From the NCBI GenBank assembly GCA_040753775.1, contig JBFMDT010000001.1, forward strand, positions 58,584 through 122,583: a stretch of 64,000 nucleotides of DNA. The letters run 5' to 3'. Position 1 is the first letter of the stretch; every line of letters begins with the position of its first letter. Of this stretch, positions 56,929 to 64,000 are shown one piece after another. Origin of the DNA: Nanobdellota archaeon. Its GTDB lineage: Archaea > Nanobdellota > Nanobdellia > SCGC-AAA011-G17 > JAFCDX01. The notes below the pieces were generated by a model. That model worked only from the letters and a program-made list of their open reading frames with translations, was not told where the DNA came from and made no database searches. Made by a program: the position numbers and the translations under genes.

Positions 56929-58865
56929 ACAAGGAGATTATCCCTTACATTTTGATTGTAGCAATTGCACTTACCCTTACTTACAGCATGTTTGCTCCAG
57001 GGTTTATGCTTTACACAGATAATCCAACACACATAGCCTCAGTCCATTTTCTTGTTGATAATTTGCTAAAAGAACAAAAATGGATAACTGGGTGGAGCAA
57101 CTGGGATTTTCTTGGATTTCCTATGCTGCTTTACACTTATCAGTTAAGCTACTTGCTGATTGCTTTTCTAAGCCTGTTTCTTAGTGTAAATCTTGCCTAT
57201 AAAATAATCATCCTTTTTTCAATTATTTTTCCATCAATAGCCCTTTACATATTGCTTAAAACCAAATATAAAATAATTCCGGCAGCAATAGCATCAATTC
57301 TCTTCCTGCTTGCAAGGCCGATATTAAGCCATCAACTAGTAGGCATGTACAACGAATTCATAAGCATTGGCTTCTTTATCCTTTTTGTATATTTCCTGCA
57401 AAAGGATTATAGCGCTAAAAACAGCATAATTTTGGCAGTTCTCTTCTTCCTTATAGTGATTTCCCATCCTTATTCAATTTTTATCCTGCTCTATTTCTCA
57501 TTAATCCTTCTTTTTGTTTATAGAAAGGAAGTTAATTTTATAAAAAACTACTTAAAAATATCTGGAATAGGCTTGCTGCTCTCATCCTATTACCTGCTTC
57601 CAATAATACTGACAAGCAGCTGGCTAGTGAAGTTCGGCTGGCCCATAGGTCCAAGCTTGATCTCAACCTTTATCCACCTTGTATATCAAATATTGTTCTC
57701 AGTCCCAAGCTATTTTACAATATACGATTTCATCAAGGCATCTTTGTCTTTTAACTTAATAGCAATAAAATACCTTGCTGAAATAATTCTCGCAAGTCTT
57801 CCACAATTACTTACTGCAGTGCTCGCTTCAATAGGCCTTTACTATTACAAAAAAAATGACAAGTTTCTTTCTTTAGTTCTCTTATTTTCAATAGCCTCTT
57901 TTATTTTAGGGACAGGCTTTTGGTATTATCTTCCCTTAATAAAAAATATTGACTTGCTCCAGGGAATAGTCTCGTATAAGTTTATTTATTATGGAAGAAT
58001 TGGCTTGGCCGTATTTGCAGCCTATGCCCTATCAAAAATAAAACTAAAAAAAATAAAATACTTGCTCTTTATACCAGCATTTCTTCTCTTGATTTCTGGC
58101 TCATTTGGTTACTTGGTTGAAAAAGATTGGCTGGCAACATCAGAAAACTCTCTTTATATGAATGAAGTTAATTACATACAAGATTGGATTAAGAATAATA
58201 TTAATGGTTCGGAAACAAGGGTAATATACCAGCACCTTGCAGGAAACTTTAGGCAAAACTCTGTACTTGATACAAGCTCTGTCTTTGCAATGTCAAGCTA
58301 TTTCACAAATGTTCCATCCATAGGAATCTGGAGTGGGGGTATTCCTTATCCAACTGAAAACCTAAGATCAACAGAAAACCAAAGGCTGCTTGGTAGTGGG
58401 GTGCAAAATATAACAGACAAAGAGCTGATAGAAAAAATGAAATTAGTGAACGCAAAATACATTGTAGCAGTTGAGAAAAATTTAAAAAACAAGCTAAGAA
58501 ATGATAAATTTATAGAAAAAATTAATACAACCTATCTAAGCATATTTGAATTAAAAGATTACAGGCCAGAATGGATAGAAACAGATGGCACTTATAAATT
58601 AAACAAATTCAAAGACAATGAAATAGGATTTTACATAGAAAATGCAACCTATGCTCTGGTCAAAATGCAGTACCATCCTTATTGGAAAGCAGGCCTAGAC
58701 AACAAAACTTTGAAAATAAATAAGAATGAAAATAATTTGATGATTCTTGATGTAGATGAAATGAAGGGTAATGTAAAATTAAACTACAGCTCAAAAAATA
58801 TCCTCGGAATTATTTTAACGCTTATCGGTCTTATCTTTATTATGAAAATCCGCTCCAAGAGCTAG
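56925..58865 (+). CDS. GT-C-fold membrane glycosyltransferase (PTPS-related/YfhO-like)
   Basis: DNPTH, W....FLG.P; many TM; YHPYWKA. Confidence 0.75.
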   Translation: MNKEIIPYILIVAIALTLTYSMFAPGFMLYTDNPTHIASVHFLVDNLLKEQKWITGWSNWDFLGFPMLLYTYQLSYLLIAFLSLFLSVNLAYKIIILFSIIFPSIALYILLKTKYKIIPAAIASILFLLARPILSHQLVGMYNEFISIGFFILFVYFLQKDYSAKNSIILAVLFFLIVISHPYSIFILLYFSLILLFVYRKEVNFIKNYLKISGIGLLLSSYYLLPIILTSSWLVKFGWPIGPSLISTFIHLVYQILFSVPSYFTIYDFIKASLSFNLIAIKYLAEIILASLPQLLTAVLASIGLYYYKKNDKFLSLVLLFSIASFILGTGFWYYLPLIKNIDLLQGIVSYKFIYYGRIGLAVFAAYALSKIKLKKIKYLLFIPAFLLLISGSFGYLVEKDWLATSENSLYMNEVNYIQDWIKNNINGSETRVIYQHLAGNFRQNSVLDTSSVFAMSSYFTNVPSIGIWSGGIPYPTENLRSTENQRLLGSGVQNITDKELIEKMKLVNAKYIVAVEKNLKNKLRNDKFIEKINTTYLSIFELKDYRPEWIETDGTYKLNKFKDNEIGFYIENATYALVKMQYHPYWKAGLDNKTLKINKNENNLMILDVDEMKGNVKLNYSSKNILGIILTLIGLIFIMKIRSKS

Positions 58866-59877
58866 CTATAGACAGCAATGCCCTTGTATTGACTAGCATG
58901 CTTGGATACCCAATGCATCTGAATCTGCAGTCTTTACAGAACCAGTAGCTTCCCTGTAAATTTCTTGCTTCAATTGCCTTGCTGTTATTCCATACCTTCC
59001 TTATATCTCCCTTCATAATCTCCTTTGGAAACCCGGAGCACGGCATTGAGACATTTCCATCCGGCTTAATTGAGATTGTTATATCCATTGCCCTGCATCC
59101 TATCTCAGCTAATCCGCCCTTCCTCAACATTGTAAAATAGATGTTTGGATTAGCAACAGTACTTCCAAACTCTTTTTTTAGGCTCTTGACATCGCTGATA
59201 AATTTCTCCCTATCCGGAACTAAGCTTTCTTGCTCTTTATCAAACATTTCAGGCTTAGGATTCTTTACAGTTTGCAATTCTTTTAACGCCATTGTATATT
59301 CTATCTGTGCATTAAATGCCTTGGCCAATTTAACAAGCCTTCTTAAATTTTCATAACTTGCATTTCTTGTTACAACAGTATGTATCATAAATTTTTTCCC
59401 TCTTTTCTTTAGCTCATTCATCCCTTCCAGAGCCTTCCTAAATGCATTTGGGTAATTTCTCAGTTTGTCATGCTCCCTTCCAACATTATCTAGGCTTATC
59501 CTGACAACATCCGCATCCATTACCTTGTCCGCATTCTCTTTCAAAACAGAGCCATTAGTGCTCACAAAAACATTCATTCCCTTCTTTTTTATGTGCTTTA
59601 TTAAAATATCTATGTCCTTTCTAAGCAAGGGCTCTCCGCCGCTGAAATTTATTATCTTGGTGCCAAGTTCTTTTAGCTGGTCTACTACCTGCAGAGCCTC
59701 TTTTGTGTTAAGCTCAGGGGTCCATGCCTTTTTATGTTTATTAACGCAGCAAAACCCGCACTTCATATTGCAGTTATAGCTTATTTCCCACTGGCAGAAC
59801 AAAGGGACTCTTTTTCCAAAATACTTGACTGCAACAATTCCAGGTAATAATTTTAGTCCGGTAATTATTTTTTTCAT
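58840..59877 (-). CDS. Radical SAM protein with SPASM/twitch domain
   Basis: CNMKCGFC, SGGEP, C...I.PDG.V..PC. Confidence 0.9.
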   Translation of the reverse strand: MKKIITGLKLLPGIVAVKYFGKRVPLFCQWEISYNCNMKCGFCCVNKHKKAWTPELNTKEALQVVDQLKELGTKIINFSGGEPLLRKDIDILIKHIKKKGMNVFVSTNGSVLKENADKVMDADVVRISLDNVGREHDKLRNYPNAFRKALEGMNELKKRGKKFMIHTVVTRNASYENLRRLVKLAKAFNAQIEYTMALKELQTVKNPKPEMFDKEQESLVPDREKFISDVKSLKKEFGSTVANPNIYFTMLRKGGLAEIGCRAMDITISIKPDGNVSMPCSGFPKEIMKGDIRKVWNNSKAIEARNLQGSYWFCKDCRFRCIGYPSMLVNTRALLSIASSWSGFS

Positions 59878-61271
59878 TTTGTTATAAACTTGAACAAACT
59901 AAAGGCCCTTATTACTAGTTTTGGGAATTCTGAGATTTTAGTATGCATGATTCTCCTGAAGATATAGCCAGCAGAAAAGTAAAATGACCTGTATGCAAGC
60001 TTGTGGTAGTATGTTAGTTCTTTTGCTGAAACGCTTGGCAACTCTATTACTGGCCTGCCATATCTCTGAAATCTCCACCAGTCTTTTGTCAGCAGTTTTA
60101 TTCCCTTGTCATGCTCAGCCATTGTAAGCACTTCTGTTCCAGGCAATGGTGTCATAACAGAAAATTGCGCATAATCCAATTTTAGTTCTTTTGCAAACCT
60201 TATTGTTTTCATTATGGTTTCCTTTGTATCATAAGGATGCCCTATAATAAAGAATCCATGCGTCTGTAGCCCTACTTTTTTAGCCAATGCTACAGCCCTT
60301 CTAACCTGCTCCAAAGTAATGCCTTTGTGTATAATATTTAGTATTTTTTGATCTCCTGACTCAACCCCAAACTTCACTAATCTACATCCTGCTTTTTTCA
60401 TAATCCTAAGCAACTCTTCTGTAATGAAATTAACCCTTGTATCGCATGCCCATTCTATTTTTATCCCTCTTCTTATGAGCTCTTTGCATATTTCCATTGT
60501 CCTTTGCGGATAAGCAGTAAAAGTGTCATCAACAAACATTATTTTCTTTACGTTGTATTTCTTGTATAGATACTCAATTTCATCAACAACATTCTTCGGG
60601 CTTCTTACTCTGTATTTTCCCTGGTGTATAACCTTTGATGAGCAGAAAGCGCAATTATATGGACAACCCCTTCCAGTAACCATAATTAATGACTTTCCCA
60701 AAAATGGATTTCCATATCTTTCCAAAGGAAGCATGTCATAAGCAGGCCATGGCAACTTGTCCAAATTTTGTATCAGTGCTCTTCTTGGATTTATCTTAAC
60801 CTTATCTTTTTTATCCCTGTAACATAATCCTTTTATCTGCGAAAGCCTCTTTCCGCTAATCAGCTCTTTAAATGTTTCCTCACCCTCGCCTATTGTAATC
60901 ATATCAACATACTTAAATTTCATGCATTCTTCAGGCAATGCAGAAGGATGCGGCCCCCCCCAGACTACTTTAATACCCGGATTTATCCTTTTAACAATCT
61001 CTGATATTTTCATGACCTCAAGAATAGTTGGTGTAACACAGGGTATTCCTACAAACCTTGGGGCTTCCCTTTTTATTACATTTTCAATGACATTCTGCCA
61101 CTTGTTTCCATAATACCTTAGGTCAATTAGGCCAACACTAAAATTATTTTCTCTTAAATAACTTGCAATGTAGGCAATGCCCAAAGGAAACATATCAGCA
61201 TCTATGTGTCTTACATCTATGTTTCCAAAAGCCCTTATGTCAGGCGGTGAAAAAAATATAACATCTTTCAT
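59874..61271 (-). CDS. B12-binding-domain radical SAM protein
   Basis: PLGIAYIA, GGPH, GEGE, GRGCPYNCAFC, GVESG. Confidence 0.94.
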   Translation of the reverse strand: MKDVIFFSPPDIRAFGNIDVRHIDADMFPLGIAYIASYLRENNFSVGLIDLRYYGNKWQNVIENVIKREAPRFVGIPCVTPTILEVMKISEIVKRINPGIKVVWGGPHPSALPEECMKFKYVDMITIGEGEETFKELISGKRLSQIKGLCYRDKKDKVKINPRRALIQNLDKLPWPAYDMLPLERYGNPFLGKSLIMVTGRGCPYNCAFCSSKVIHQGKYRVRSPKNVVDEIEYLYKKYNVKKIMFVDDTFTAYPQRTMEICKELIRRGIKIEWACDTRVNFITEELLRIMKKAGCRLVKFGVESGDQKILNIIHKGITLEQVRRAVALAKKVGLQTHGFFIIGHPYDTKETIMKTIRFAKELKLDYAQFSVMTPLPGTEVLTMAEHDKGIKLLTKDWWRFQRYGRPVIELPSVSAKELTYYHKLAYRSFYFSAGYIFRRIMHTKISEFPKLVIRAFSLFKFITK

Positions 61272-61310
61272 TTTTCTTTACACAATAATAAACTTTATAA
61301 AATTATTTGT

Positions 61311-62153
61311 TTAAGGCAGCCTCATTACCATCTGCCCATTCTTAAAAACTCTCACTACCCCACCAGACTCGGAAACAACTACAGCAACAGCATCGGTCTC
61401 CTTTGTTAGTGCTGCACAATTTTTATGCCTAGTTCCCATACCAAATGGAAGATTTAGCAAACTTGAGTTTATGTCTATGTATGTTCCTACAGACAAAATT
61501 CTCCCATCCTTATCAATAACAAACACCCCATCAAGTTGGGAAAATTCTTTTATCCCTTCCTTTATATCATAATCTGTTATTTTTCTGTCTTCTTTTTCAA
61601 AAGGGTTTATTATAAGCTGTTTTGTATACTTATCTATAGGCTCATTGTTGCGTATAATGAAGGCAGTTCCAACCTTCTTGCCTTCTCTTCCTTCGTCAGC
61701 TATTTCAAGTGCAAGGTCAGTAACAGCCTCAATAACCTGCACATTTACCCCTTCAAGCAATTTAGCTGTTTTTGTTATATTAAAAAATAGCTCATCTATA
61801 TCAAAAACATACAAAGCACCCATGAAATAGCTTGTAACATTTCTATCCTCTACAAATACAACCCTGTCTCCTTTGCTTATATAACTATGATTAAGTGCTT
61901 TTATCAGCAGCCTTTTTATAAATGTAATTGGGTTTATTTGGGTCCTGCTTATCTCTGTTATATAACTGTACTGCTTAAAGTTGTGCTCAGATCCCTTAAA
62001 AATATTTACCTTTATTTCAGTATAAGGAAGAATATCATTCAGTCCTTTATTTTCTCTTAAATGTCTGTTAATAGTGACTATGCAGTTAGCCTTAATGTCA
62101 CTTGCAATCTTTATAGCTGCATTGCCTATGGATTCCTCAACTGTAGGATTCAT
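61311..62153 (-). CDS. dacZ: Diadenylate cyclase (DacZ-like)
   Basis: EGREGKKVGT, LDGVF, G.GTRH and VSES.G. Confidence 0.88.
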   Translation of the reverse strand: MNPTVEESIGNAAIKIASDIKANCIVTINRHLRENKGLNDILPYTEIKVNIFKGSEHNFKQYSYITEISRTQINPITFIKRLLIKALNHSYISKGDRVVFVEDRNVTSYFMGALYVFDIDELFFNITKTAKLLEGVNVQVIEAVTDLALEIADEGREGKKVGTAFIIRNNEPIDKYTKQLIINPFEKEDRKITDYDIKEGIKEFSQLDGVFVIDKDGRILSVGTYIDINSSLLNLPFGMGTRHKNCAALTKETDAVAVVVSESGGVVRVFKNGQMVMRLP

Positions 62154-62202
62154 ATTAATACTTCAAATAGCTTACTTAAATAATTTATTAACTATAAGAA
62201 TA

Positions 62203-63588
62203 TCAACTGGCATAAGCAATCAGCCTGTTAACCAAAAATCTTAAATGCCTGAATGAGGTTACATCCCTTAAAATATTAAATAAAATTTTTGGCCTTAAAT
62301 AAAATCTTAAAATTGCATTTCTTTGCAATTTTTTAAGTCTTTTAAGTGTAAGGCCTTTTGGGGCATAAACTACATTGGCAAAGGATGCATATTTCGCCCA
62401 ATCTCTTATTTCTCCTATTTCCCCATTCTTTACAAGCTCGTAATAAATCTCAGTTCCTGGCAATGGCAAAAAACACCCAAACTGTGCCCTGTCTATTTTT
62501 AACTGCCTGGCAAACCTTGCTGTCTGTTTTATTTCCTTAACAGTTTCACCAGGATACCCTAATATGAACAGCCCGGTTACCTTCATCCCAGATTCATGTA
62601 TCAATCTTATTTTCTCTCTAATCTTTTTTGTATCCAAGTGCTTCTTCATCAATTTCAGTATTCTGTCAGAGCCGGACTCGATGCCAACAGAAACAGCATA
62701 GCACCCGGCCCTTTTCATTAATTTCAATACCTCTTTGTCTAGAGTATCCAATCTTATGCCATTAGGAGTAGCCCAGAATAAATTTAACTTCTCTTTCAGC
62801 AAAGCATTGCAAAACTTTATAACATATTCCCTGTTCAAAGTAAAATTGTCATCTATCATATGAAACTCTTTTACACCATACTCATTTTTGAGCATCTTCA
62901 ACTCGCTTATTACATGCTCAACGCTTCTGTATCTTAACATCTTTCCATTTACCTTTGCCCCTGAACAAAAAGTGCAGTTGTATGGGCAGCCCCTTGTTGC
63001 TTGTATTAGCACAATTGGAAATGCCTTTGCAAATCCCCCCTGCGGGGTTTCAGGATATTTTCTAGGGTCTATTAAATCCCAAGCAGGAAATCCTAATTTA
63101 TCCAAATCCTTTTCAAAGTATTGTGAATTTACTTCAACTCCCTTCTTAGTTTTATATATAAGCCCGGGAACGTCCTTAATCTTATTTTTATTTTCTAAAT
63201 TTTCAAGCAGTTTAACAATACCAAATTCAGCTTCCCCTGCAAATCCATAATCCAGTCCATTAAAATATTTCATGCTGTCATAAGGAACAGCCGAAATATG
63301 CGGACCTCCAGCCATTGTTACTATATCTTTATTTATTTTTTTGATTATTTTAATATACTTCTGAACAACAGGAAGATCGCTTGAAAAAATTTGAAAGGCT
63401 ACAGCATCTGGCTTAAAAGAATTTATATACCCTACAAATCCGTTATAGCCTATATTACAAAGAGTGCAGTCAAGAATTTTAACGTCATGCCCTCTGCTCC
63501 TTAAGCTAGTTGCTAAGTAACCAAGTCCAACAGGAGGCACAAGTGAATACGCCTGCTCATTGTATGGCTTTACCAAAAGTATTTTCAT
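62203..63588 (-). CDS. B12-binding-domain radical SAM protein
   Basis: PVGLGYLA, GGPH, TRGCPYNCTFC, GIESG. Confidence 0.94.
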   Translation of the reverse strand: MKILLVKPYNEQAYSLVPPVGLGYLATSLRSRGHDVKILDCTLCNIGYNGFVGYINSFKPDAVAFQIFSSDLPVVQKYIKIIKKINKDIVTMAGGPHISAVPYDSMKYFNGLDYGFAGEAEFGIVKLLENLENKNKIKDVPGLIYKTKKGVEVNSQYFEKDLDKLGFPAWDLIDPRKYPETPQGGFAKAFPIVLIQATRGCPYNCTFCSGAKVNGKMLRYRSVEHVISELKMLKNEYGVKEFHMIDDNFTLNREYVIKFCNALLKEKLNLFWATPNGIRLDTLDKEVLKLMKRAGCYAVSVGIESGSDRILKLMKKHLDTKKIREKIRLIHESGMKVTGLFILGYPGETVKEIKQTARFARQLKIDRAQFGCFLPLPGTEIYYELVKNGEIGEIRDWAKYASFANVVYAPKGLTLKRLKKLQRNAILRFYLRPKILFNILRDVTSFRHLRFLVNRLIAYAS

Positions 63589-63614
63589 CCTACAAAAACT
63601 AAAGTATTTTGTAT

Positions 63615-64000
63615 TTAAACTTTGCTATAAAAATGCTCAACAAACCTTTTTGCCAGCTTTATAGAGTTATTCATATTCCTGTCATCTGGAAAAATCTGGC
63701 TTGTATTTACCATATAGATATTTCTAATTTTAGTTTCAAAACTTGGCTTTTTGTATCCTGTCTTGTATACTGGTGTTGCATACTTATTCCTTGAAACATA
63801 ATAGTTTATAACATCAGACTCTTTAAAAAAAGGAAACATGAGCTTTAAGCCATTCATATAAAAGTTAAAAAGCCTCTTGTCACTCATTTTGTATATCTTG
63901 CTGTCGCTTTTTGTATAATTAAAAATATATGCTAAATTTTCATTATCATAATATTTTTTGGATATAAAATTTGTATGCTCAATAACTCCGCCAAAGGGGA
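63615..64000 (-). CDS. C-terminus of an FAD-dependent oxidoreductase (protoporphyrinogen oxidase-like); runs off the window
   Basis: Frame open to the window end (PFGGVIEHTNF...FPDDRNMN). Confidence 0.7.
   Translation of the reverse strand, partial: PFGGVIEHTNFISKKYYDNENLAYIFNYTKSDSKIYKMSDKRLFNFYMNGLKLMFPFFKESDVINYYVSRNKYATPVYKTGYKKPSFETKIRNIYMVNTSQIFPDDRNMNNSIKLAKRFVEHFYSKV

Overview
This is a low-GC chromosomal segment from an archaeon, most likely DPANN (Woesearchaeota/Pacearchaeota-like). The assignment rests on archaeal rpS2, Trm56, PINA, Pth2, SecDF, DacZ, BHB-intron tRNAs, TATA promoters and GGAGGTG Shine-Dalgarno (SD) sites. From left to right: (1) A copper-homeostasis locus: PadR-TRASH regulator, small Cys proteins missing from the ORF track, CopA and a cupredoxin. 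It is preceded by a ~210-nt structured non-coding element with a perfect 24-nt match, in reverse complement, to a gene in the locus. (2) A presenilin-like protease, then a HEPN-MNT pair bracketed by 123-bp direct repeats with ORB-like motifs, a stand-alone 5S rRNA and an IS481-like element. (3) A candidate three-way-junction sRNA, a PerR-AhpC-SOD-Nth oxidative-stress cluster, a 38-bp REP-like tandem repeat, MscS genes, rpS2, enolase, a THUMP-SPOUT fusion and a candidate anti-SD sRNA. (4) An ABC exporter, three tRNAs that all carry non-canonical BHB introns (tRNA-Arg has three), and surface proteins that share a juxtamembrane 'TG' motif. (5) A ~22-kb glycosylation island with three B12-binding radical SAM enzymes, GT-C transferases, MTAP and a diadenylate cyclase. 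All calls come from reading motifs and base-pairing by eye; no searches or folding programs were run.
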